NCBI GenBank assembly: GCA_017883235.1
Contig: JADGNY010000011.1
Location: forward strand, 20 to 64,019
Reading direction: 5' to 3'
From: Thermoanaerobaculia bacterium
GTDB taxonomy: Bacteria; Acidobacteriota; Thermoanaerobaculia; Gp7-AA8
Length of the DNA stretch: 64,000 nucleotides
Shown: piece after piece, positions 54,404-64,000 of the stretch
How positions within the stretch are numbered: position 1 is the stretch's first letter
How the letters are laid out: each line of letters begins with the position of its first letter
Position numbers and translations under genes: made by a program
Notes under the pieces: model-generated
The model's input: only the letters and a program-made list of their open reading frames with translations
Told to the model about the DNA's origin: nothing
The model's database searches: none

Positions 54404-54831
54404 TTTAGGTCAAGTTGAGTCTGACGAATCTCCGCGAGGCACCTCTGCATCGCAACGTAGACCCTCCAGACGATGTCAGCGCTATCGTTCAATTGGTATT
54501 CAGCGGTCGCGAGCAAGACTGCTTTCACGGCCACTCGTGAGCTTCCGCTGACTTTCGATTTCAGAGAACGCAAGAGGACGTCAGATTCTGCCATCAGCAC
54601 TTGAATTTCACTCTTCGATTCAGCGCTGGTGACGCGCAGGCGGAAGAGCTCAGAAGCCTTGCCGCTAAGCTCTTCCGTCAGCTCAGGCACGCGTGCGGTG
54701 AACAGATATGCCCGCCGCAACTTTCGAACGTTGAAGTAGACCAACAGCGTCAGCCCGAGGCTGGCCAGCGATGCGATATCGCTCGCGAACGCAATTGCCG
54801 CCCGAACGGCAGAGTTCAGGAAATGCAACAT
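54385..54831 (-). CDS. Hypothetical N-terminally membrane-anchored helical protein (low-GC cassette, gene 1)
   Basis: TM segment AAIAFASDIASLASLGLTLLVYF, then a predicted helical region. Confidence 0.45.
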   Translation of the reverse strand: MLHFLNSAVRAAIAFASDIASLASLGLTLLVYFNVRKLRRAYLFTARVPELTEELSGKASELFRLRVTSAESKSEIQVLMAESDVLLRSLKSKVSGSSRVAVKAVLLATAEYQLNDSADIVWRVYVAMQRCLAEIRQTQLDLKWDRRL

Positions 54832-54880
54832 CGCGTAGATAGTAACTGCGAAGGCGAGCCCCTGCTATCCTGACCGTGCC

Positions 54881-55621
54881 ATGCCGCGCCCGCGCCTCAT
54901 CGCTGTCGTCGCCGCCATCGCCGTCGTTGCCGTGCTCGCAGTGACGATGCGCGGCGCTCCGCCGAAGCTCGGGCCGACGCCTGTCGTCGTCGAGCTCTTC
55001 ACCTCGCAGGGTTGCTCGAGCTGTCCCCCCGCCGAAGCGCTGATCCACGACATCGCCGGTGATGCCAAGCTGCGTGGCCACGTCATCCCGTTGGCCTTCC
55101 ATGTCGATTATTGGGATCGGCTGGGCTGGCGTGATCCTTTCTCCTCGGCCGAGTGGTCGCAGCGCCAGGTCCGTTACGCCAACACCATGCGCCTCTCCTC
55201 CGCCTACACACCGCAGGCGGTGGTCGGCGGGACCCGCGAATTCGTCGGCTCCAATCACGCCGCACTCGATGTTGCGCTGGAAGGCGCTTCGAACAGCAAA
55301 CCGCGCGGCGATGTCGCACTCACTGCCCGCCGCGAACGCGATACCGTCGTCGTCACGATCCACGCCGCCGTCCCCGCCGAGGCGGACCTGATGCTGGCAC
55401 TGACTCAGGACGGCATCACCACGAAGATCGAGCACGGCGAAAACGCCGGCCGCACGGAGACCAACGACGCCATCGTCCGGCGACTGGTCCGCGTCGACCC
55501 GGGCCAGACGACGATAGCGTTCAAAATCGATCCAGCCTGGCGCAATCTCAGCGCCGCGGCGTTCGTGCAGGATCGGAAAACCCTGGCCATCGGCGCCGCC
55601 GCGGCAGCGCCGGTTCAGTAA
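54881..55621 (+). CDS. DUF1223 thioredoxin-fold protein
   Basis: VVELFTSQGCSSCPPAE, HVDYWD..GWRDPF and TPQAVVGG are the family hallmarks. Confidence 0.8.
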   Translation: MPRPRLIAVVAAIAVVAVLAVTMRGAPPKLGPTPVVVELFTSQGCSSCPPAEALIHDIAGDAKLRGHVIPLAFHVDYWDRLGWRDPFSSAEWSQRQVRYANTMRLSSAYTPQAVVGGTREFVGSNHAALDVALEGASNSKPRGDVALTARRERDTVVVTIHAAVPAEADLMLALTQDGITTKIEHGENAGRTETNDAIVRRLVRVDPGQTTIAFKIDPAWRNLSAAAFVQDRKTLAIGAAAAAPVQ

Positions 55622-55634
55622 CGTAACGTCACCC

Positions 55635-56075
55635 ATGCCCGGCAAAGAAGAATCGATTCGAACTGAAATTCGGCGTTGCAAAACTGCAACGCCGGAGATC
55701 TTGCGCCAAATCGAGGCTGCTCTCGAGGAGAGCCCGTCCGCCGAACTCTGGATCTTGCGTGGTGATGCGATTCAGCTGAGCCAGAGCGATACATACACAC
55801 TCGCAGACGCGGAACAAAGCTATATGCGAGCGGCTGAATTTGAACCCTCGTTGCCGGGGCCATACGAATCGCTCGGCTATTTTCACAGTGCGGTGATGGA
55901 TGACGCGGCGAAGGCAAAGACATTTTTTGAGCGTGCCATCGCTCTCGGCGGCGGCGAGTGGGCGCGGCACGGCCTGGAGGAAGCAGTTACAGAGTTGCGG
56001 GAGCTCGCGTTTGAAGTATCCGCCGAGAAGGTCAATCAAAAGTACGGCGATCTGTTCCGTCGCCTCGCTGGATAG
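55635..56075 (+). CDS. TPR-like helical protein
   Basis: 146 aa. AEQSYMRAAEFEPSLPGPYESLGYFH..AKAKTFFERAIALG resembles TPR repeats. Confidence 0.5.
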   Translation: MPGKEESIRTEIRRCKTATPEILRQIEAALEESPSAELWILRGDAIQLSQSDTYTLADAEQSYMRAAEFEPSLPGPYESLGYFHSAVMDDAAKAKTFFERAIALGGGEWARHGLEEAVTELRELAFEVSAEKVNQKYGDLFRRLAG

Positions 56076-56199
56076 ACGAAAACGATTCCAGCGCAATGCC
56101 TAACTCATCTGCCGTCCGACCTACCAACCCCGAGGGCCATGCAGAACATGACCAGTCGCGCCGAAACGTTGGGGCCGCCATCTCGCACCGAATTGCTGG

Positions 56200-56796
56200 C
56201 TATGGCTGAATGAAGCCGAAATCGACCGCGATATCGTATGCGGCAGCGACGAGTGATCGAAACAGCGAGGCGCGGAACAAAGAGTTGGATCGGACGTCCT
56301 GCTTGAGACGTTTCGATGCTTCGTTCAGGACGCTCAAGCCTTTCCGAATTTCGTTCACCGACGCTGCGTCGGACGAGCCAAACGCATCGAGCAGGCACGC
56401 CACCAAACCGTCGCTTGTTCCGCGATGAATCAAGGGGTCGCGTCCCTTGTAGTCGCTGAGCGTTTTGTCCAGGCGGTAGGGTTGCGCATCGAGCACAAAG
56501 ACTTCGTAGTCAGCCGGATGTAATAACTTAAGCGTACAAGCGACGCCAAGCTCAAAAGGCATGTTGAAGCGTACTGGTGTGCCGACCCTGCTCAAGTCGT
56601 GGATCGAGATCCGGCAGGTCTGCACGAGATCCAGAATGCGAGCCAGACGGCCTTCGCCCTTTTCGCGAACCTCAAGCACGCAATGCGGCTTCTGGCCAAG
56701 GAAGACGAGCACGCCAATCAGCGTGATGAACAGTGGTTCGTAGCGGTCATCAAACGGCGCGTTGACGAATACGCCCTTCGGATCTGGTGTGCTCAC
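56200..56796 (-). CDS. Hypothetical protein (second gene of a coupled pair)
   Basis: The GTG overlaps the upstream stop (GTGA). VFVNAPFDDRYEPLF...ISIHDLSR...RFNMPFELG reads like a conserved alpha/beta core of unrecognised family. Confidence 0.5.
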   Translation of the reverse strand: MSTPDPKGVFVNAPFDDRYEPLFITLIGVLVFLGQKPHCVLEVREKGEGRLARILDLVQTCRISIHDLSRVGTPVRFNMPFELGVACTLKLLHPADYEVFVLDAQPYRLDKTLSDYKGRDPLIHRGTSDGLVACLLDAFGSSDAASVNEIRKGLSVLNEASKRLKQDVRSNSLFRASLFRSLVAAAYDIAVDFGFIQP

Positions 56797-56999
56797 ACAA
56801 CTTTTGCGGCAGCGCGCGACTTCGAGCGAGAAGACCGATCGGTTTTTCCGGCCGCTCGCATGACAAACTTGACAGCGGCTTCCGCACGCCGGGCCTCGCG
56901 AGGAGTAATCCTCAGCGAGGAGGCGATCTCTGACGCGCTGGCTTTCTGAAGCGTCACCTTTTTGAGGGACCGGCGAGCTTTGTGGTTCTTGTCATTCAT
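56793..56999 (-). CDS. Small basic protein, possible DNA-binding partner
   Basis: 68 aa. MNDKNHKARRSLKKVTLQKASASEIASSLRITPREARR is HTH-like. The ATG at 56999 was verified. Confidence 0.4.
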   Translation of the reverse strand: MNDKNHKARRSLKKVTLQKASASEIASSLRITPREARRAEAAVKFVMRAAGKTDRSSRSKSRAAAKVV

Positions 57000-57024
57000 G
57001 ATGCATATCTTACCAGCCCACTGC

Positions 57025-57501
57025 CTACCGCAAGTAGTGGCAGGTGTACCCGTTTGGTTTCCGTTGCAGGTAGTCCTGGTGGTAGTCCTCGGCCTCATAG
57101 AAGTTCGTGAACGGGGCAACTTCCGTCACGATCGGGCGCGGCCATTTCGGCTGGGCACGCTGGATCGCTCGCTCGGCGGCGTCGCGCTGCGCGTCATCGT
57201 GGTAGAAGATCGCCGACCGGTATTGGGTGCCGATGTCGTTCCCCTGCCGGTTGGTGGTCGTCGGGTCGTGCAGGCGGAAGAAAAAATCGAGGATCTCGTC
57301 GAAGGTGATCTTCGTGGGATCGAAGACGATCTGCAGCGACTCGGCATGGCCGGTGCGGCCGGTCTTCACATCTTCGTAGCCCGGTTTGTCGAGCGTGCCG
57401 CCGGCGTAGCCGACGGTCGTGCCGGTTACGCCCGGCAGTTTGCGAACGAGCTCTTCGACACCCCAGAAACAACCCCCGGCAAGCGTGGCCGTCTCCGTCA
57501 T
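57025..57501 (-). CDS. msrA: Peptide-methionine (S)-S-oxide reductase
   Basis: [38 protein letters not shown]. Confidence 0.93.
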   Translation of the reverse strand: MTETATLAGGCFWGVEELVRKLPGVTGTTVGYAGGTLDKPGYEDVKTGRTGHAESLQIVFDPTKITFDEILDFFFRLHDPTTTNRQGNDIGTQYRSAIFYHDDAQRDAAERAIQRAQPKWPRPIVTEVAPFTNFYEAEDYHQDYLQRKPNGYTCHYLR

Positions 57502-58091
57502 TTGTGTGCGTCCTTTTTGAACAGATGAAGGTACTCGCCATAACCCTCGGCTTCTAGCTTGTCGACCGGGATGAAGCGAAGCGACGCCGAGTTCATGCAG
57601 TAGCGCTGGCCGGTCGGGGCCGGACCGTCGTCGAAGACGTGCCCGAGGTGGGAGTCGGCGTGCTTCGAACGAACCTCGGTGCGCGCCATGAAGAACTTGC
57701 GGTCGGTCTTCGCCACGACGTTTGCCGGCTCCAGCGGACGGGTGAAGCTCGGCCAGCCGGTGCCGGACTCGAACTTGTCGATCGAGCTGAAAAGCGCCTC
57801 GCCGCTGACGACGTCGACGTAGATGCCGTCCGCGTGATTGTTGCAATACTCATTGCGGAACGGCGGCTCCGTCCCCTCGTGCTGCGTCACTTCGTACTGC
57901 TCCGGCGTGAGGCGCTTCTTGAGCTCCGCGTCGGACGGTTTGACGTAGTTCGCCATCTTGTCTCCTTTGCTGTGGCCCTGCGGACCGGCCGGTGCGGCGC
58001 CGGCCGGGCGCTGCGTGATCATGGTGTAGGCGGCCGCGAGAATGATCGTACCCGCGGCGATCGGCAACCATTTCTTGAGAATCGTGTTCAT
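57498..58091 (-). CDS. msrB: Peptide-methionine (R)-S-oxide reductase with N-terminal signal/anchor
   Basis: [31 protein letters not shown] and [11 protein letters not shown]. The stop overlaps the msrA start. Confidence 0.92.
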   Translation of the reverse strand: MNTILKKWLPIAAGTIILAAAYTMITQRPAGAAPAGPQGHSKGDKMANYVKPSDAELKKRLTPEQYEVTQHEGTEPPFRNEYCNNHADGIYVDVVSGEALFSSIDKFESGTGWPSFTRPLEPANVVAKTDRKFFMARTEVRSKHADSHLGHVFDDGPAPTGQRYCMNSASLRFIPVDKLEAEGYGEYLHLFKKDAHK

Positions 58092-58165
58092 GGGTGGCTC
58101 CTTGTGCAGATGTACGGAACGGGAGAGGTTCGGGATTCGTTCCAGCGCAACCCCGCAACCCCCGT

Positions 58166-59866
58166 CTAATCCCTCCGGAAATGCGCCCCACGCGACACCG
58201 GATTCCTCAGCGCGGCGTTGGCCACGATCATGGCCATCTGCTGGCCATGGAAGAGCTCGAGGATCGCTTTGCTGATCGTCGACTCGTGGTAGTACTTCGT
58301 CAGGCGGCTGCCGAGCTCGCGCATGTCGGCCACGGCGCGCTTCAGGCGCTCGTAGGTGCGGACGATGCCGACGTAGTTCCACATCGTGTGCTGGATCGTC
58401 GTCCAGTCCTGCAGGATGAGCGCGGGATCTTCCATGTTTTCGTTGCCGGGCGGACGCCAGTCGGGGATTGAAAGCAGGAGTGCATCGTCGATCGACCCGA
58501 TGCCCGGGCGCCGCGTCGAATACGACCGGCGGATGGCGGGCGCGTCGCCGAGGCGGGCACGGCGGGGGAGAGGGCCGGTGGCCGATTCGACGGGAGTTGT
58601 CGATGCCTCGGACTTCTCGCGGATCGACAGCGCCGAGAAGTAGCCCCAGGTCAGCCCCTCGAGCAACGACGTCGATGCCAGCCGGTTGCCGCCGTGCAGG
58701 CCGGTACACGAGGTCTCGCCGATCGCGTACAGGCGTGTCAGCGTCGTCTCGCCGACGTTGTTCGCCAGGATTCCGCCGCAGAAGTAGTGGGCGGCCGGAA
58801 CCACCGGAATCGGCTCACGCTCGATGTCGACGCCGATCTCCGCGCAGGCCTTGCGGATGTTCGGGAAGCGCTCGGCAATCGGTTCGTGACCGTGATAGAA
58901 GTTGGCAAGGTCGAGATAGACGAACTCTTCCTTGTTCGTGGTCATCTCCTCCACGATGGCGCGCGCCACCACATCGCGGGGCGCCAGATCCTTCAGTACC
59001 GGCGAATACTTCTCCATGAAGTACTCGCCCTTCTGATTCCGCAGTCTCGCCCCCTCGCCGCGCAACGCCTCGGAGATCAGATAGTGATTGGCCTTCTTGT
59101 CCGCCAGCGCCGTCGGGTGGAACTGAACGTATTCGGCATTCATCACCCGCGCCCCCGCGCGCTGGGCCATGACCACCCCGTCGCCGATGGCGTTGCGCGT
59201 GTTTGTAGTGTGGAGGTAGATCTGGCCGATGCCGCCCGTGGCCAGGATGGTGAAGTCGCTGAAGATCGTGAAGACCTCGTTCGTGCGGTTATCGAGCAGG
59301 TATGCGCCCGCGCATTCGTTGGTCAGCCCATAGCGGACCTGGATGTCGGTCGGATGATGCTGCGTCGTCAACAGATCGATCGCCGTCATCTCGGTAACCA
59401 GCGTGATGTTCGGCTCGTTCTTCACGCGATTGAGGAGCGACGTCTCGATGGCCCGGCCGGTGGCGTCGCCGGAATGGATGATGCGCGGCAGCGAGTGAGC
59501 CCCCTCCTGCGTCAGATCGAGCTCCCCCTCTTCGCTCTTCGAGAAGGGGACATGCATCTCATCGAGCAGCAACTCTTTGACCACGCGCGGCCCTTCGACA
59601 GCCAGGAACCGTACCGCCTCCTCGTTCGACAGCCCCGCCCCCGCGGCGATGATGTCGTCGATCAGCTTCGCCGGCGTATCGCCCGCCCCCTCATAGATGA
59701 TCCCGCCCTGTGCCCAGAAGGTGTTGCAGTCCTTTGGATCGGCGGCCTTGGTGACGAGGAGGACTTTGATCCCGGCGCCGGCCAGGCAGAACGATGCCGT
59801 GAGACCGGCGATGCCGGTGCCGATGACGAGGACAGGGTAATGATCGCGGTTCTTCAGCGCAGGCAC
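58166..59866 (-). CDS. nadB: L-aspartate oxidase
   Basis: [15 protein letters not shown] fold, [31 protein letters not shown]. Confidence 0.9.
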   Translation of the reverse strand: MPALKNRDHYPVLVIGTGIAGLTASFCLAGAGIKVLLVTKAADPKDCNTFWAQGGIIYEGAGDTPAKLIDDIIAAGAGLSNEEAVRFLAVEGPRVVKELLLDEMHVPFSKSEEGELDLTQEGAHSLPRIIHSGDATGRAIETSLLNRVKNEPNITLVTEMTAIDLLTTQHHPTDIQVRYGLTNECAGAYLLDNRTNEVFTIFSDFTILATGGIGQIYLHTTNTRNAIGDGVVMAQRAGARVMNAEYVQFHPTALADKKANHYLISEALRGEGARLRNQKGEYFMEKYSPVLKDLAPRDVVARAIVEEMTTNKEEFVYLDLANFYHGHEPIAERFPNIRKACAEIGVDIEREPIPVVPAAHYFCGGILANNVGETTLTRLYAIGETSCTGLHGGNRLASTSLLEGLTWGYFSALSIREKSEASTTPVESATGPLPRRARLGDAPAIRRSYSTRRPGIGSIDDALLLSIPDWRPPGNENMEDPALILQDWTTIQHTMWNYVGIVRTYERLKRAVADMRELGSRLTKYYHESTISKAILELFHGQQMAMIVANAALRNPVSRGAHFRRD

Positions 59867-59887
59867 GGTGCGGCATTGTAGTGGGGT

Positions 59888-59957
59888 GCGGCTTCGCCGC
59901 GTTGTCGGTTATCGGTTGCGCGGACCTCCTGACAACTGAAAACCGACGACCGACAAC
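59888..59957. repeat. GCGGCTTCGCCGC + (GTTGTCG/GTTATCG) element with partial return arm
   Basis: GCGGCTTCGCCGCGTTGTCGGTTATCGGTTGCG...AAACCGACGACCGACAAC. The first 33 nt are the reverse complement of the 2328-2363 / 32376-32407 motif. Confidence 0.75.
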
Positions 59958-59962
59958 GATCT

Positions 59963-61225
59963 TCAAACGATCTCCCACCGCTTCGTCAATTGCCGCGACG
60001 CGATGAAGAAGACGATCGCCCATCCGACCAGCACGGCCGCGGGAAGCGCGAGCGACTGCAGCGGCAGCTCGCGCCAGAAGACGTTCGTGAATCCTTCCAG
60101 CGCCCATGAGTTGAAGAGGACCAATCCCGCTTTCTGCAGGCCGGCCGGCATGAGGAAACGGGGGAGCATCGAGCCGCCGATCGCGGAGATCGATAGAACC
60201 ACGAGGGTCGACATCGCGCCGAGCTGGGCGCGGGTACGGCAGATCGAGGCGAGCAGCAGGCCGAAGGCGGATGTGGCCAGCGAGGTGGTCGAGGCCATGA
60301 TCAGAAATCCGCCGATGTGCTCAACCAGTTGCAGCCGGAAGGCGACGGCGCCCCAGACGAACATTATGCAGATCTGTGTGAAGCCGAGGGTCCAGAGATA
60401 GGCCAGCTTGCCGAGGAGAAGCTGCGTCAGGGTCAGGCGGGTGGTCAGGATGCGGTCGAGCGTGCCGCTCTCGCTCTCTTCGAGCAGCGCACCGCCGGCA
60501 TGCGATGCCGTGAAAAGTAGAAACATGACGCCGGTGCCGGCCGCATAGAGCGCCGCCACGACATTCGACTTATTCTGGCCAACGACGTCGGTTTTCTCGA
60601 TCCGGATGAGCGAGTCGGACGACGTGGTGTTGGCGGCCGGCGTCCGCGCGCTGAAGGCTCGGTATCCCTTCATGTTCTGATCGATGGCCGCTTTCTGCTG
60701 CGGCGTCAGGCCGCCGCTCCAGCGATCGACTTCACTGACCCCGGCGTCCATCATCATCTCCGGCATCGACATCATCATCGTCTTCTGCAGCAGTCCGCCG
60801 ACGACCTGATCGGCGATCGGATCGGCGGAGTCGGACATCAGCCGGAAGGCCGGGCCGTTGTTCGCCGCATCGAAGCGGATACGCGTCGTGCCGAAACCTT
60901 TCGGGATCACCAGCGCCACCGGTGCGTCGCCCGCCCGTACGAACGTCTCGGCTGACGCTGCATCGAACGGCTTGGTGCTCTTTTTCGGTGACAGGACGAC
61001 GTCGAGCGCCGACTCGCGTTTGAGCGCTTCGATGAGACGGCGCGAACCGTCGCTCTGATCGAGGTCGGCGATGACCACGGTCGTCTTGGACGTCGTCGAC
61101 TTCTGCGCGCCGAAGATGCCGGCGAAGATCGAGAAGAAGACGATGGGGACGATGAAGCTGAGCATGAGCGCCGCGCGGTCGCGGCGGAGATTGAGCCATC
61201 CGGCTCGGACGACAGATGCGATCAT
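59963..61225 (-). CDS. ABC-2 type transporter permease
   Basis: N-terminal TM, large extracytoplasmic loop, then 5 C-terminal TM helices. Coupled to the ATPase gene (4-nt overlap). Confidence 0.85.
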   Translation of the reverse strand: MIASVVRAGWLNLRRDRAALMLSFIVPIVFFSIFAGIFGAQKSTTSKTTVVIADLDQSDGSRRLIEALKRESALDVVLSPKKSTKPFDAASAETFVRAGDAPVALVIPKGFGTTRIRFDAANNGPAFRLMSDSADPIADQVVGGLLQKTMMMSMPEMMMDAGVSEVDRWSGGLTPQQKAAIDQNMKGYRAFSARTPAANTTSSDSLIRIEKTDVVGQNKSNVVAALYAAGTGVMFLLFTASHAGGALLEESESGTLDRILTTRLTLTQLLLGKLAYLWTLGFTQICIMFVWGAVAFRLQLVEHIGGFLIMASTTSLATSAFGLLLASICRTRAQLGAMSTLVVLSISAIGGSMLPRFLMPAGLQKAGLVLFNSWALEGFTNVFWRELPLQSLALPAAVLVGWAIVFFIASRQLTKRWEIV

Positions 61226-62094
61226 TCGCGTAGACCCTTTCCCGTTAGGTGGAGGAAGACTTTTTCGAGCGATGGCGACTTCATGGTCAGGTCGCGTACG
61301 CCGCTTCCCTGCCTTTCGGCCTCACGCATGACCCGCGGCATATCCGCGGCGTCATCGATCAAGTGCGTGACGTGCGTGCCGTCGGCAAACTCGACGACGA
61401 CCTCCCGTTTGGTGCCGATGGTGTTGCGCACCAGCTCGTCTTTCGTGCCGGTGGCGATGACGCGTCCGGCGTCGATGATGGCGATGCGGCCGCAGAGGCG
61501 CTCCGCTTCTTCCATGTAGTGCGTGGTGTAGATGAGCGAGACGCCGTCGGCGCGGAGCGACTCGATCATCTGATAGATGCGCTCGCGCGACTGCGGATCG
61601 ACACCGACGGTCGGTTCGTCGAGCAGCAGCACCCGCGGGCGCTGCAGGACGCCGACAGCCATGTTGAGGCGCCGTTTCATGCCGCCGGAGAACAGTTTGA
61701 CGGGCTCGTTTGCGCGATCCGACAGCGCGGCCCAGTCGAGAGACCGTTTCATCGCCTCGGCGAGCACCGTGCCGCCAAGCCCGAGGTAGCGGCCGAACAC
61801 GGTGAGGTTCTCGTGTGAGGAGAGGTTGGGATAGAGCGCGATCTCCTGTGGTACCACGCCGACCTCGGCGCGCGCATCGGTGTCGCCGGCCGGAGCCGGT
61901 TTGCCGAAGATGGTCACGGAGCCGCTGTCGGGCCGGACGCGCCCCATGATCGTCCGGACCAGCGTCGACTTGCCGGCGCCGTTCGGGCCGAGCAGGCCCA
62001 GGACCTCCGAAGGCCGCAGCTCGAGTGAAACGCCGTCGAGAGCGCGGCGGGATGCGAACGTCTTCACGACGTTCTCGATCTGTAGTGGATTCAT
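61222..62094 (-). CDS. ABC transporter ATP-binding protein
   Basis: Walker A GPNGAGKST, signature FSGGMKRRL, Walker B LLLDEPTVGVD. Confidence 0.93.
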   Translation of the reverse strand: MNPLQIENVVKTFASRRALDGVSLELRPSEVLGLLGPNGAGKSTLVRTIMGRVRPDSGSVTIFGKPAPAGDTDARAEVGVVPQEIALYPNLSSHENLTVFGRYLGLGGTVLAEAMKRSLDWAALSDRANEPVKLFSGGMKRRLNMAVGVLQRPRVLLLDEPTVGVDPQSRERIYQMIESLRADGVSLIYTTHYMEEAERLCGRIAIIDAGRVIATGTKDELVRNTIGTKREVVVEFADGTHVTHLIDDAADMPRVMREAERQGSGVRDLTMKSPSLEKVFLHLTGKGLRE

Positions 62095-62178
62095 GCCTGC
62101 AATGTAGGTTGGGCGCTGGGGTTCGCCCCGTGTCGAAAGTCATGATCGCGGGATGACAAATGTAAGGATAATCGGCAC

Positions 62179-63135
62179 ATGCGAATCGTCATGACGCTCG
62201 TCCTTCTCGCATCCACAGCATTGGCGCAACAGCCACAGCCGGCACCGCCGGTTCCCGATGCCGCGCCCGCGGACAACGCGCTTCACAGCTCGCTGCTTCT
62301 GCCGAAGGAGATGAGCAAGGCCGTTCCGGTCGTTCTCCTGCTCTCGGGCTCGGGGCCGACGGACCGCAATGGCAACTCGCCGATGCTGCCGGGAAAGAAC
62401 AACTCGCTGCAGATGCTGGCGGAAGGGTTGGCCGGGAACGGCATCGCCTCGCTGCGCTACGACAAGCGCGGTGTCGGTGAGAGCGCCAAGGCGATGGTGT
62501 CCGAAGCCGATCTCCGCTTCGAGACGTACGTCGACGACGCCGTGGCCTGGTGTGAACAGCTTCGCAACGACAAGCGCTTCTCCGCGGTCATCATCGCCGG
62601 CCACAGCGAGGGCTCGCTCATCGGAATGCTCGCGGCGAAACGCTGCAATGCCGCCGGCTTCATCTCCATCGCCGGCGCCGGCCGCGCCGCCGCCGACATC
62701 CTGCGCACGCAACTGGCCGGCAAGCTACCACCGGAGCTGGCGACACAAAGCGATGCGATCCTCAAGAACCTCGAAGCCGGCCAGACGGCCGACAACCCCC
62801 CCGCCGAGCTGGCCGCTCTCTATCGCTCCAGCGTGCAGCCCTATCTGATCTCCTGGTTTCGCTACGACCCGGCGAAATCGATCGCTGCGCTGACGGTCCC
62901 CGTCCTCATCGTGCAGGGAACGACCGACCTGCAGGTAAGTGTCGACGACGCCAAACGCCTCGCCGCCGCAAACCCCAAGGCGAAGCTGCTTCTCATCGAA
63001 GGGATGAACCACGTTCTCAAGGAGGTGCCGCCCGACCGCGAAAAGCAGGTGGCCTCTTACAGCGACCCGAACCTCCTCCTCGCCCCGGATTTTCTACCCG
63101 GTGTGGTCGAGTTTGTGAGGAAGGTGGGGAAGTAG
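62179..63135 (+). CDS. Secreted alpha/beta hydrolase
   Basis: Signal peptide MRIVMTLVLLASTALAQ, nucleophile elbow GHSEGS, C-terminal GMNHVL. Confidence 0.8.
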   Translation: MRIVMTLVLLASTALAQQPQPAPPVPDAAPADNALHSSLLLPKEMSKAVPVVLLLSGSGPTDRNGNSPMLPGKNNSLQMLAEGLAGNGIASLRYDKRGVGESAKAMVSEADLRFETYVDDAVAWCEQLRNDKRFSAVIIAGHSEGSLIGMLAAKRCNAAGFISIAGAGRAAADILRTQLAGKLPPELATQSDAILKNLEAGQTADNPPAELAALYRSSVQPYLISWFRYDPAKSIAALTVPVLIVQGTTDLQVSVDDAKRLAAANPKAKLLLIEGMNHVLKEVPPDREKQVASYSDPNLLLAPDFLPGVVEFVRKVGK

Positions 63136-63148
63136 GAGAATAACAGCC

Positions 63149-63559
63149 GTGCCGGAAACAAAGATCGATGAGTCAGCCGATCCGGTTGAGACTGAGGAAG
63201 ATCCTTGGGCTCGATATGAGCGGGTGAAGTTAACCCCCGAGCAAGTCGCGAAGGGACGCACGGAGCTGCAGAAGGAGATCGATCGCGCCCGCGCCGAGGG
63301 TGTTTACGAAAAGCTGATCGAGTGGAGAGCGAGAAGAGTTGCGAATGCCGAGTCCGAAGAGCCAGATCAGCGAGAAGATCCGTGGGCGCGATACGAGCGG
63401 ATGAAGCTGACTCCCGAACAGGTGGCGCAAGGCCGCGCGGAACTGCAGCGCCGGATTGACAAAGCACGTGCTGCAGGAGTGTACGAGGAACTGATGAAGT
63501 GGAAGGGTAAGGTGCACTGGGACATCGATATCGACGCGCTTCGTGAAGATCGCGACTGA
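63149..63559 (+). CDS. Small protein with an internally duplicated ~55-aa module
   Basis: DPWARYER(V/M)KLTPEQVA.GR.ELQ..ID.ARA.GVYE.L..W occurs twice. Ends KGKVHWDIDIDALREDRD. Confidence 0.55.
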   Translation: MPETKIDESADPVETEEDPWARYERVKLTPEQVAKGRTELQKEIDRARAEGVYEKLIEWRARRVANAESEEPDQREDPWARYERMKLTPEQVAQGRAELQRRIDKARAAGVYEELMKWKGKVHWDIDIDALREDRD

Positions 63560-63592
63560 TTGCGATCGAAAGGGTTTCAGTAGGAATCAACC

Positions 63593-63823
63593 ATGGTGCA
63601 ACCGAAGACCGCAGAACCGAGCGAGACGCTTACCTCCGAGGAGCGCTGGGAACGATACCGTCAGATGGCTCTCACGCCTGAACAAGTGGCGGCGGGTCGT
63701 GCGCGTCTGCAGAAGGAGATCGATCGCGCTCGCGCTGAGGGTGTCTACGAAGGGCTCCTGAAATGGGAAGGAAAGGTCCACTGGGACATTGATATCGATG
63801 CGTTGCGTGAGGATCGCGATTAA
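63593..63823 (+). CDS. Single-module paralogue of the 63149-63559 protein
   Basis: ERWERYRQMALTPEQVAAGRARLQKEIDRARAEGVYEGLLKWEGKVHWDIDIDALREDRD. Confidence 0.55.
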   Translation: MVQPKTAEPSETLTSEERWERYRQMALTPEQVAAGRARLQKEIDRARAEGVYEGLLKWEGKVHWDIDIDALREDRD

Positions 63824-63884
63824 TCGCAATTGACACCAGCACACTCAGGCGGTGGTCGCGACGCGCGCCGGGTGCTGATGTTCA

Positions 63885-63998
63885 GCGCGCGAGAGAAGCA
63901 ATCTTGAGCGGGGAGGCAGGTCTCCCGCCAATCGTTCTCTCCTCCTCGCCGGCCTTTCTCGCCGGTGTCGTCGAGTTTGTGAGGAAGGTGGGGAAGTA
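63885..63998 (+). pseudogene. Degenerate duplicate of the 3' end of the alpha/beta hydrolase gene
   Basis: 63961-63998 (GCCGGTGTCGTCGAGTTTGTGAGGAAGGTGGGGAAGTAG) nearly repeats 63098-63135. Upstream similarity decays (CGCGAGAGAAGCAA vs CGCGAAAAGCAG). Confidence 0.5.
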
Positions 63999-64000
63999 GG

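Overview
High-GC (by eye mid-60s %) bacterial chromosomal segment with no rRNA, tRNA or CRISPR. Most of it is housekeeping. This includes mtnA, gap-pgk, a tungsten/molybdenum aldehyde:ferredoxin oxidoreductase with MoaD-like, moeA and mogA genes, and a polyprenyl-phosphate glycan cluster (UbiA, GT-C and DPPR-transferase genes). It also includes nrdJ, asnB, a 1364-aa sensor kinase, queA, msrAB, nadB and an ABC-2 exporter. Many long ORFs in the track are antisense shadow ORFs typical of high GC. The best candidate for a new system is a low-GC two-gene island right after nrdJ (27416-29744). It pairs a tandem-domain dCTP-deaminase-like protein with a GNAT-ASCH fusion. Next to it lie an apparently ORF-less 735-nt group II intron (29855-30589, minus strand) with an empty paralogous target site 1.2 kb away, an orphan antitoxin and tandem arrays of 21-nt mini-palindromes. 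The second candidate is a pair of stand-alone TIR-domain genes translationally coupled to a GG-terminated MoaD/ThiS-like gene inside the AOR operon (13024-14103). The window is also dense with hairpin and MITE-like repeat families, including hairpins built from tandem heptamers. Several of these are inserted in frame in conserved genes (AOR, GT-C, histidine kinase, queA). A secreted-protein gene carries an in-frame TAG. All domain calls rest on motif recognition by eye; no searches were run.
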